Assembly (NCBI GenBank): GCA_944372055.1 | Contig: CALVYF010000006.1 | Coordinates: forward strand, 1-52,962 | Length of the DNA: 52,962 bases | Reading direction: 5' to 3' | Origin: an uncultured Bacilli bacterium | GTDB lineage: Bacteria > Bacillota_I > Bacilli_A > RF39 > UBA660 | Shown here: piece by piece, positions 45,928-52,962 of the stretch | Position numbering within the stretch: position 1 is the stretch's first letter | How the letters are laid out: every line of letters begins with the position of its first letter | Made by a program: the position numbers and the translations under genes | Notes under the pieces: generated by a model | Told to the model about the DNA's origin: nothing | Databases searched by the model: none | Seen by the model: the letters and a program-made list of their open reading frames with translations, nothing else

Positions 45928-46698
45928 ATGGCAAAGTTTTGTAATAAATGTGGAAAAGCATTAGTCGATGGAATTTGTCCTGATTGTTCTAAAAAAGAAG
46001 AAGTAAAAGAAGAACAAACAACAACAAGCAATTTAGGAAATGACTTATTAGATATTATAAAAAATATTTGGAAAAAGCCTATTGAAACAATAGAAAAATA
46101 TGTAAAAAAAGAAAATCTTCCATTATCATTTATTCTTTTAGGAATTGGTGTATTAGTAGGTGGAATATTCACATACTGTTATACAGATAGCATTGTAACT
46201 GGAATAGTTACACAAATAAATAATAAAATGGCAGGTATTGCTTCTATGATGGGGCAGTCTTATACTGCAACAACACCAATCACAACTATTCCATTTTTCC
46301 AATTGTTCTTATCAGGAATTTTAACTACAGCATTAGCCTATACATTCTTTATTCTTTTATCAAAACTATTTGTAGGAATTATCTTTAAAGGAAAAGCTAG
46401 TCTAAAACAATTTACTACAGCAGTTGCAACTGCTAGTGTATTTCCAACTCTATTTACATTAGTAGGGATTTTAACAAGTTTTATTTCATATCAATTGACA
46501 TCATTCGTTTATTTAATAGGTTTAATATTATTTATTGTAGTAGTTGTACAAAGTTTTATGGATGTATTAAAAGCAAAAGAAGAAAGATTAAGCTATGCAG
46601 TACCATTAACAGTTATTATCACTTATGTAGGTATTATTGTAATTAATATTATTGTTTTAGCCATAATCACATCAAGTCAAGTAACACCAATATATTAA
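45928..46698 (+). CDS. Zinc-ribbon, Yip1-like polytopic membrane protein (paralogue 2)
   Basis: MAKFCNKCGKALVDGICPDC; ~5 TMs. Confidence 0.78.
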   Translation: MAKFCNKCGKALVDGICPDCSKKEEVKEEQTTTSNLGNDLLDIIKNIWKKPIETIEKYVKKENLPLSFILLGIGVLVGGIFTYCYTDSIVTGIVTQINNKMAGIASMMGQSYTATTPITTIPFFQLFLSGILTTALAYTFFILLSKLFVGIIFKGKASLKQFTTAVATASVFPTLFTLVGILTSFISYQLTSFVYLIGLILFIVVVVQSFMDVLKAKEERLSYAVPLTVIITYVGIIVINIIVLAIITSSQVTPIY

Positions 46699-46702
46699 AT
46701 TC

Positions 46703-46730
46703 AAAAGAAGTGATTTCTCACTTCTTTTTT
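46703..46730 (+). terminator. Intrinsic terminator
   Basis: AAAAGAAGTGA-tttc-TCACTTCTTTT + T run. Confidence 0.8.
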
Positions 46731-46774
46731 GTATGAAATAAAAAAAACAGCAAAGAATATAAATGGTGATATAA

Positions 46775-47218
46775 ATGAAACAAGAAAAATATGAAATGAT
46801 TGCAAAAGAACATAAAGCAAAGAATCCTAAACTACAAAATGCAATTGTTGCATTTTTAATAGGTGGAGTAATTGGAATGATAGGAGAAGGAATTATAGAA
46901 TTATTATGTAATATTTTTCATATGTCTAGAAATAATGCGGGGACGATTATGATAGTAATTATGATTTTTATAGCATCTCTTTCAACTGCTTTAGGATTTT
47001 TTGACAAATTAGTAACAAAATTTAAATGTGGTCTTTTAATACCAATCACTGGATTCGCTCATTCGATGACAAGTGCTGCACTAGATTATAAAAAAGAAGG
47101 CCCTATTTATGGAGTTGGAGCCAATATTTTTAAATTGGCAGGATCGGTAATTTTATATGGAATCGTGGCTGCATGGTTTTTTGGAATGATTCGTTATCTA
47201 TTAGGAGGTAGAATATGA
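46775..47218 (+). CDS. spoVAC: Stage V sporulation protein AC
   Basis: AFLIGG.I..IG, G..IPITGFA.SM.S.AL, G..GVG.NIFKLAGSVI.YG. Confidence 0.93.
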   Translation: MKQEKYEMIAKEHKAKNPKLQNAIVAFLIGGVIGMIGEGIIELLCNIFHMSRNNAGTIMIVIMIFIASLSTALGFFDKLVTKFKCGLLIPITGFAHSMTSAALDYKKEGPIYGVGANIFKLAGSVILYGIVAAWFFGMIRYLLGGRI

Positions 47219-48207
47219 CATTTACTTATAATGATGTATATGTAAAAGATACCGCAACGATTGCAGGTCCATATGAGAAGAAAGGTCCATTAAAAAAGTA
47301 TTTTGATAAAACTTTTGATGATTTATACTATGATGAGGACTCCTGGGAAAAAGCAGAAATAAAATCAGTAAAAGAAAGTCTAAAGTTATTACATAAGAAA
47401 GTTGGAATCAAAAGAAAAGAAGTAGATGTTATTTTAGGTGGAGATTTATTAAATCAGATAGCAGCGACTACCTATGGGGCATATAATTTTTCTAAATGTT
47501 TTCTAGGACTATATGGAGCTTGTTCCACTTCTGTAGAAGCAATGATACTAGGAAGTGTATTAATTGATGCAAAGAAAGTAAAAAATGCTATTGTAACTGT
47601 TTCCTCACACAATATGGCGGCCGAAAAACAATTCAGAAACCCAACGGAATATGGTGCACCAAAACCAAAAAGTGCTACCTTTACTGCAACAGGTAGTGCT
47701 TCCATGTTACTAACAAAAGAAAAAACAGACATTAAGGTAGAGTCTTCTACCATTGGACAAATTATAGACCTAAATCAAAATAATCCTAACGACATGGGAA
47801 AAGTGATGGCACCAGCTGCGATTGATACGATTAAAAGGCATTTAAAAGATTTAAATAGAAAACCAGACTACTATGATTTGATTGTAACTGGAGATTTGGG
47901 TTTATATGGGAAAGAAATATTAAAAGATTATATGTTAGAGGAATATGATTTAGATTTAAAAGATAATTACAATGACTGTGGAGTTATGCTATATGATTTA
48001 AAAGAACAAGAAGAGTGTCTTGCTGGAGGAAGTGGACCTGTCTGTAGTGCCTTAGTATCCTTTGGATATATCTATCATGAAATGAAAAAGAAAAATCTAA
48101 AAAGAGTACTAATCGTCGCAACAGGAGCCCTATTTTCTCCAACTATGGTTTATCAAAAAGAAAATATTTATTCAATTGCGAATGCAATTAGTTTGGAGGT
48201 AGTCTAA
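47215..48207 (+). CDS. spoVAD: Stage V sporulation protein AD (DPA-binding)
   Basis: GP.E..GPL...FD, SWEKAE, GDLLNQ, GLYGACST, SSH...AE.QFR.P.EYG, TGDLG, GGSG..CS, ATGAL.SP. Confidence 0.96.
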   Translation: MTFTYNDVYVKDTATIAGPYEKKGPLKKYFDKTFDDLYYDEDSWEKAEIKSVKESLKLLHKKVGIKRKEVDVILGGDLLNQIAATTYGAYNFSKCFLGLYGACSTSVEAMILGSVLIDAKKVKNAIVTVSSHNMAAEKQFRNPTEYGAPKPKSATFTATGSASMLLTKEKTDIKVESSTIGQIIDLNQNNPNDMGKVMAPAAIDTIKRHLKDLNRKPDYYDLIVTGDLGLYGKEILKDYMLEEYDLDLKDNYNDCGVMLYDLKEQEECLAGGSGPVCSALVSFGYIYHEMKKKNLKRVLIVATGALFSPTMVYQKENIYSIANAISLEVV

Positions 48208-48557
48208 TGTTACTTGTAAATTCATTTCTATTCTGCGGAATAGTATGTATGATTGCTCAAATTATATTAGATAATACAAAATTAACTCCTGGACATGTAA
48301 CTAGTATGTTTGTAGTATTTGGAGCTGTTTTAGATTCATTTAGTTTTTATGACAAAATTATAAAAGTAGTAGGGGGAGGAGCTTTATTACCAATAACTAG
48401 TTTTGGTCATTCTTTAATTCATGGAGCATTAGCCAAGGCAAACGAATATGGAATTCTAGGAATTCTGATGGGAATGTTTGATTTAACTGCAACAGGTATC
48501 ACAGCAGCAATCATCTTTTCCTTTATATTTACTTTAATATTTAAACCAAAAAACTAA
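48207..48557 (+). CDS. spoVAE: Stage V sporulation protein AE(b)
   Basis: C.IAQ..LD.TKLTPGH....VV.G, GA..PITSFG, FKPK. Confidence 0.93.
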   Translation: MLLVNSFLFCGIVCMIAQIILDNTKLTPGHVTSMFVVFGAVLDSFSFYDKIIKVVGGGALLPITSFGHSLIHGALAKANEYGILGILMGMFDLTATGITAAIIFSFIFTLIFKPKN

Positions 48558-48588
48558 TAATCTATGATAAAATAGACTTGGTGATAGA

Positions 48589-49221
48589 ATGAAAGAAGAA
48601 GTAAGAAAAGTAATAGAAGAAGAAAGAGTAAAACCAAAAATAACTTATCAAAAACCATTTCTTATTTTATTAACAGGAAATGTAGGAAGTGGAAAGAGTT
48701 TAGTTTCACAAATATTATCCAAAGAATTAAATTTATATTTAATTAGTGGAGATTATATAAGAAATATAATAAAAAAGCGATATCCAGAAATAGATTTACA
48801 TAATGTAGAAGTCAGGCAAACGAATAATATAGTTTGCCTAGAAGAAATGAAATACTGTATAGATAATAAATATTCTATAATTCTAGACAGAAGCATATCG
48901 AATAAAAAGGATTTATCTACGATTACTGAAAGAGTAGATTTACCAATCATTTTGATTAAAATAATATCTTCTGAGGATGAAAATATAAAAAGAGTAAAAA
49001 ATAGACAAGAAGAAAAGGAAATGGTAATACCACACTATGGACATCAAGAATCAAAAAGCGGGGTAGTAACAGAAGAAGAATATAATAAGATAAAAGAAAG
49101 AAAAGTATATGATTTAGAGGATAGTATATATAATTATTTTATAAATACTAATACATCATTGGAAGAATTAAAAATAAATTTAAAGGATATGATAGAAGAT
49201 ATAAAGAAAAAATATAAATAA
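48589..49221 (+). CDS. P-loop nucleotide kinase-like protein (AAA_33/zeta-like fold)
   Basis: LLTGNVGSGKS Walker A, ISGDYIR, IILD, R...R lid motif. Confidence 0.8.
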   Translation: MKEEVRKVIEEERVKPKITYQKPFLILLTGNVGSGKSLVSQILSKELNLYLISGDYIRNIIKKRYPEIDLHNVEVRQTNNIVCLEEMKYCIDNKYSIILDRSISNKKDLSTITERVDLPIILIKIISSEDENIKRVKNRQEEKEMVIPHYGHQESKSGVVTEEEYNKIKERKVYDLEDSIYNYFINTNTSLEELKINLKDMIEDIKKKYK

Positions 49222-49249
49222 AAAAGAAATTGCTATTGCAGTTTCTTTT

Positions 49250-49555
49250 TTAATATTGATTAGATGAAAGTGAAATTATTAAATTCATATTATCGTCTTT
49301 AGCCATAATATTTTTATGATGTTCACCACATTTTTTACAATGATAAACAATTTTATAAGTATCCCTAAATTTTTCAATCCCAATTGGCTCTAAAATTCCT
49401 AAACAAGTATTTTGCCTATCTCCTGGCATAATATCAACATGCTTAGAACAAAGACAGAAAGGGCAATGATCTCTAGCGCTATATCCTAAAGGTAAGACTT
49501 TTTTACCACAAGCCTCACAAACAAATTCTTCATCTCTCATAGTAAATTTTTTCAT
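49250..49555 (-). CDS. RNHCP domain-containing protein
   Basis: F.C..CG...RDHCP.CL.SKHVD..PGDR...C.G...C..CG. Confidence 0.92.
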   Translation of the reverse strand: MKKFTMRDEEFVCEACGKKVLPLGYSARDHCPFCLCSKHVDIMPGDRQNTCLGILEPIGIEKFRDTYKIVYHCKKCGEHHKNIMAKDDNMNLIISLSSNQY

Positions 49556-49564
49556 AATTTCTCC

Positions 49565-50701
49565 TTATTTAATTTTTTTGTAATAATATTTATATGGTCT
49601 AGAATTACTTTCTTTACGATTAATCAAAATATTCATATAAGTGGAGAAAGCTTTTTTATAAGGTTTATATAAATATGAATAAAAAATAACATTATCTTCT
49701 TTCATAATTAAATAATGATCTTTCCAACGAATATTTTCAAAATTTGTAGACCCATCTTTATATAATTCTATAAATTCATATTTACTATCAATTTTTGTAT
49801 GAATCTTTTTAGGATTAAATAAATATGGAGGCTCTATAATTTCTCCCATCAATTTCCATTTACCAATAAAATCTTTTGGATGTACATTAGCAATATGTTT
49901 ATCTAAGTACATACGATGAGCTAGTTCATCCTCATTTTCTTGATTTAAATCGTATGCTTCAACATATATATCTATTTTATCATTATTATAAACTTCTTGA
50001 AAAGAACCTCTGATTTGAATATTATTTTCCTTAGCATATTCAATAATTTTTTTATAAGAATCCAAAATAGTAGTTTCAACAGTAGTGTGTAAAACATTTT
50101 TAATTTTCTGACTATTAATGATTCTAATACCTTTTTTATTATAATTATGTAGAGAGTTAGGATTAGATAAAATATAATCAGGCAATATCCTTCCAATAAA
50201 ACATCTAGTGTTTTCTTGTGAAAATCCTTTCTCATAATTTTCTACAATAAAAGGATATTTACTAAATTGTTCTTGCTTAATTTTTTTATCAACGGTTTTA
50301 AGAACATGTTCAATATCAGCTCTAGATTTAATAGTAGTAGAAATACCAACAATTGTAAAATTAGGGTTAACAATAAATTCCACTTTTTGTTTTGTCATAT
50401 TATTTTTCAATTTTTGCAGTATCATTATTTTTTTTGAGCTTTCATCCTCAATTTTTTTGATTTGTTCGTTTAATTTTTCTTTCTTTTCATCTTGTAATAA
50501 ATCTTTAATTTCATCTAAAGAAAATCCTGAAAGTTGCAAATCTTTTATTTTTTTTAAAGTATTGATTTGTTTTTCACTATAGTATCTATACCCAGTTAGC
50601 GGATTAATTTTCACAGGCTTTAGTAAATTAATCTTATCGTAATACCTTAAAGTTTTTATTGTAGTTTCACATAAATATGAAAACTCTCCAATTTGATACA
50701 T
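49565..50701 (-). CDS. MerR family regulator (BmrR/BltR-like effector domain) with extra C-terminal domain
   Basis: YQIGEFS...KTLRYYD...LL.P.....TGYRYY...GFSL.EIK; GyrI-like Y..I..Y...N......EVY; extra ~120 aa with FIGKW. Confidence 0.9.
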   Translation of the reverse strand: MYQIGEFSYLCETTIKTLRYYDKINLLKPVKINPLTGYRYYSEKQINTLKKIKDLQLSGFSLDEIKDLLQDEKKEKLNEQIKKIEDESSKKIMILQKLKNNMTKQKVEFIVNPNFTIVGISTTIKSRADIEHVLKTVDKKIKQEQFSKYPFIVENYEKGFSQENTRCFIGRILPDYILSNPNSLHNYNKKGIRIINSQKIKNVLHTTVETTILDSYKKIIEYAKENNIQIRGSFQEVYNNDKIDIYVEAYDLNQENEDELAHRMYLDKHIANVHPKDFIGKWKLMGEIIEPPYLFNPKKIHTKIDSKYEFIELYKDGSTNFENIRWKDHYLIMKEDNVIFYSYLYKPYKKAFSTYMNILINRKESNSRPYKYYYKKIK

Positions 50702-50724
50702 ACAAAATCTCCTTTCTTAATGAC

Positions 50725-50755
50725 AACTTATCACTCCCCATAAGGGGAGAGTCAA
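50725..50755 (-). promoter_or_regulatory. MerR-type promoter/operator (19-nt spacer with dyad)
   Basis: Minus strand TTGACT, 19 nt (CTCCCC-TTAT-GGGGAG-TGA), TAAGTT, upstream of the merR RBS AGAAAGGAG. Confidence 0.88.
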
Positions 50756-50839
50756 CCCTTTTTTATTATAAGTTATTATAGCATACAAGAAAGGTTTTAT
50801 GCTATAATAGAAAAGAAAATGATAGACGGAAGTGATAAT

Positions 50840-51559
50840 ATGCAATTTAAAATTAACGAATTTGAAGGACCACTAGATTTATTGCTGCACTTAATTAAAG
50901 AAAATAAAATGGATATTATGAATATTGAAATAGAACGTATTACAGAACAATATATTTCATATTTAGATGAGCAAGAAAAAATGAATTTAGAAATTGCTAG
51001 TGAGTACTTAGTAATGGCTTCCGAATTAATTGAATTAAAATCAAAGTTATTACTTCCAAATCAAAAAAATGAAACAGAAGAAGAGGAAGAAGCAGATCCG
51101 AGAGAAGAATTAGTAAATAGACTTTTAGAATATCAAGCTTATAAAGAAATTACTAAAGTATTAAAAGAGAAAGAAGAATTACGAAAAGAAATTTATACTA
51201 AATCACCGGAAAGTGTAAAAAATTATGTAGATGAAAATGCCAAATTATCAAGTGATATTACTTTAGATGATTTAGTAGAGGCATTTAAAAAGTATCTAGA
51301 AAGAAAAAAAGAGACAAAGCCACTAAAAACAAAAGTGACAACAAATGAAATTAGTGTGTCTTCTAGAAGATTAGAAATAAAAAGCATTTTGAGAAGTAAA
51401 CCAAGAGTTTCATTCTTTGAATTATTTCCAGTTCTAAATAAAGAATATGTAGTTGCAACTTTTTTAGCAATTCTAGAGATGGCAAAAAATAAAGAATTAA
51501 AGATTACACAAGATAAAAATTTCGATGATATTATATGTGAGGTGCGGGATGAAAAATAA
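50840..51559 (+). CDS. scpA: Segregation and condensation protein A
   Basis: FEGPLDLLLHLI, EYLVMA..L...KS, DPR.EL..RLLEY, TFLAILE; start ATG 50840. Confidence 0.96.
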   Translation: MQFKINEFEGPLDLLLHLIKENKMDIMNIEIERITEQYISYLDEQEKMNLEIASEYLVMASELIELKSKLLLPNQKNETEEEEEADPREELVNRLLEYQAYKEITKVLKEKEELRKEIYTKSPESVKNYVDENAKLSSDITLDDLVEAFKKYLERKKETKPLKTKVTTNEISVSSRRLEIKSILRSKPRVSFFELFPVLNKEYVVATFLAILEMAKNKELKITQDKNFDDIICEVRDEK

Positions 51560-52124
51560 AGCAGTATTAGAAGGATTATTATTTGTGGTAGGAGAAGATG
51601 GATTAACCCTAGATCAAATCGAAGAAGTATTAGAAATATCAGAAGATGAAGTAAAAGAACTAGTAAATGAATTAAAACATAGTTACGAAAAGGAAGACAG
51701 AGGACTAAGAATAGATTTTTTAGGGAATAGATTAAAACTAACTACGAAATTTGAACACAGAGAATATTATCAAAAATTATTAGAAAATCCTGAAACTAAT
51801 ATCTTGAGCCAAGCGGCTCTAGAAACATTAGCAATTATTGCTTATAATGAACCTCTTACCAGAATGCAAGTAGATAAAATAAGAGGGGTAAGTAGTGGTC
51901 AAATGATTCGTAAACTAGTTGCTAAAGGATTGATAAAAGAATCTGGTAGAAGTGATTTGCCAGGAAGGCCAATTCTTTATGAAACAACAAATGATTTTCT
52001 AGATTACTTTGGACTAAACAACATTCAAGAATTACCAGATATGGAAAAGTATATTGAAAAAGTAGAACAAGAACCGGATGATGAAAAAGATTTATACACA
52101 TCAAAATATAAAGAAGAAATGTAA
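51549..52124 (+). CDS. scpB: Segregation and condensation protein B
   Basis: LEGLLFV.G, LSQAALETLAIIAY..P.TR...IRGV, PGRP.LY.TT..FL.YFGL; start ATG 51549. Confidence 0.96.
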   Translation: MKNKAVLEGLLFVVGEDGLTLDQIEEVLEISEDEVKELVNELKHSYEKEDRGLRIDFLGNRLKLTTKFEHREYYQKLLENPETNILSQAALETLAIIAYNEPLTRMQVDKIRGVSSGQMIRKLVAKGLIKESGRSDLPGRPILYETTNDFLDYFGLNNIQELPDMEKYIEKVEQEPDDEKDLYTSKYKEEM

Positions 52125-52138
52125 ATAGAGGTATAATT

Positions 52139-52424
52139 ATGAATATTTGTGGTGAGTATGCAATTGCCCAAATTTTAGATACTCTTAATTCAGTAGTAAG
52201 CACAATACAAATGGTAATATTTCTACAACAAAAAAAGAATTTTTGCCAATTATTATACTAAAGGATTATGATAAACCTACATTAAATCGAGAATTGGTAG
52301 CTGTAGTCAAAAAATATGGTAAAAAGTTGTCGGAGCAAATAAAAATAATAATGGATATAGTTTTGAACATATAGATATTATAGCAAAGAAAACAAAAGAT
52401 AAAATTATTAGATTGAACAAATAA
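52139..52424 (+). pseudogene. Probable degraded small gene split across three frames
   Basis: RBS GAGGT + ATG 52139. Open frames 52139-52261, 52189-52374 and 52323-52424 overlap successively, ending just before terminator AACTAGATA/TATCTAGTT. Confidence 0.4.
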
Positions 52425-52427
52425 CTA

Positions 52428-52456
52428 ACTAGATAATGCACATATCTAGTTTTTTT
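52428..52456 (+). terminator. Intrinsic terminator closing the scpAB transcription unit
   Basis: AACTAGATA-atgcaca-TATCTAGTT + T run. Confidence 0.75.
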
Positions 52457-52492
52457 CATATATATCATATATATAAATATATAAAGTCAAAT

Positions 52493-52694
52493 AAAAGAGA
52501 TTCAATCGATAGTACTATTTAATAATACATCAATTGAATCTCTTTTTTATATATTTAAGATTCGTACTTTTAACACTACTTTTTTCTTATTCTAATTTTT
52601 CTATATAAACTCATAAAGTTCGAATATTTTCCAATAGTGCCATTGGAAAAGTTATTTACAGCTTGTTAACAATTTAATATAAGAAGCAATCACT
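52493..52694 (-). ncRNA. Candidate ~200-nt small RNA
   Basis: Minus-strand extended -10 TGTTATAAT (52709-52701), internal hairpin 52627-52650, 18-bp terminal hairpin 52493-52546; no ORF with an RBS. Confidence 0.35.
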
Positions 52695-52748
52695 ATTTAA
52701 ATTATAACATACATTCTTAAAATTTTATCAAAAACATTTCTTGTTCGC

Positions 52749-52777
52749 TTGTTTTATGAATATATTTATTATATAAT
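52749..52777 (+). promoter_or_regulatory. SigA-type promoter for the small hydrophobic ORF
   Basis: TTGTTT (52749-52754), 17 nt, TATAAT (52772-52777). Confidence 0.65.
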
Positions 52778-52840
52778 TCTAACAGGAACATTTGATGTGA
52801 GTGTCGTCCTCCAATCTTGAGAAAGAAAGGAGGGATAGAA

Positions 52841-52933
52841 ATGAAGAAAAGAACTTTTATAATAAAAGTCCTTCGTCTTATTGCTATCATTTTATTACTC
52901 CTTACCTTATTGGTAATAGCAATAAAAATATGA
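52841..52933 (+). CDS. 30-aa hydrophobic peptide, candidate type I toxin (MKKRTFIIKVLRLIAIILLLLTLLVIAIKI)
   Basis: Strong SD AGAAAGGAGG, ATG 52841, TGA 52931-52933; basic N-terminus + single TM helix. Below the ORF-track size cutoff. Confidence 0.75.
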   Translation: MKKRTFIIKVLRLIAIILLLLTLLVIAIKI

Positions 52934-52962
52934 CACTCTCTCATCTCTGATTGAGTGTCAAC

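Noticed and set aside
869-52203. Short alternative-frame or antisense ORFs in the track (e.g. 869-1168, 3301-3900, 8027-8452, 21744-22103, 31518-31724, 45092-45520, 47472-47753, 51922-52203)
   Set aside because: They overlap well-supported genes or features, lack RBSs and have shadow-ORF composition.
52457-52484. (AT)n-rich stretch as a replication origin or unwinding element
   Set aside because: Short, with no DnaA boxes or iterons recognised; unremarkable in a genome this AT-rich.
52717-52944. 75-aa minus-strand ORF in the track
   Set aside because: Antisense shadow of the plus-strand 30-aa ORF, which has the promoter and strong SD; no RBS evident.
1-52962. tRNA/rRNA genes, prophage, recoded TGA (Mycoplasma code)
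   Set aside because: No GC-rich structured RNA genes or phage genes recognised. Long ORFs are intact under code 11, Trp is TGG, and TGA terminates genes (e.g. 8065, 47218).

Overview
Very AT-rich chromosomal window from a low-GC Firmicute. TGA is used as stop, and the genes present (LTA synthase, LCP, sigF/spoVA) suggest a reduced-genome gut Bacilli lineage such as RF39 or an Erysipelotrichales relative; this placement is an inference. Gene order: 3' part of gatB; a membrane protein / degenerate-GGDEF sensor / YihY operon; ltaS; an oxidative-stress operon (ArsC/Spx-like, desulfoferrodoxin, flavin reductase-rubredoxin); an LCP protein; a GH73 autolysin with Ig-like repeats; a kinase-less multi-PASTA protein; a ~21 kb cell-wall polysaccharide locus (O-antigen ligase/polymerase-GT4 fusion, GT2s, GtrB-like GT2 plus three GT-C-type membrane proteins, acyltransferase, Wzt/Wzm, repeat-rich GH25 lysozyme, GT2-GT4 fusion, pyruvyl transferase, phosphoglycerol transferase); a DAG kinase; an Rpn-family PD-(D/E)XK gene; a sporulation cluster (spoIIAA-like, sigF, three inserted zinc-ribbon membrane genes, spoVAC-D-E); a P-loop kinase; MerR/RNHCP; scpAB; and a terminal intergenic region. 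Three observations stand out. (1) The spoIIA operon lacks spoIIAB and its SpoIIAA-like protein has lost the phosphorylated serine, yet it retains paired Spo0A boxes. (2) The Rpn gene apparently starts at ATT, with its SD in a perfect hairpin whose left arm carries the promoter -10, and it has a candidate internal antitoxin start. (3) An unannotated 30-aa hydrophobic ORF has type I toxin-like mRNA architecture and a divergent candidate sRNA. No rRNA, tRNA, CRISPR array or intact IS was recognised. All family assignments are by motif recognition, not database search.
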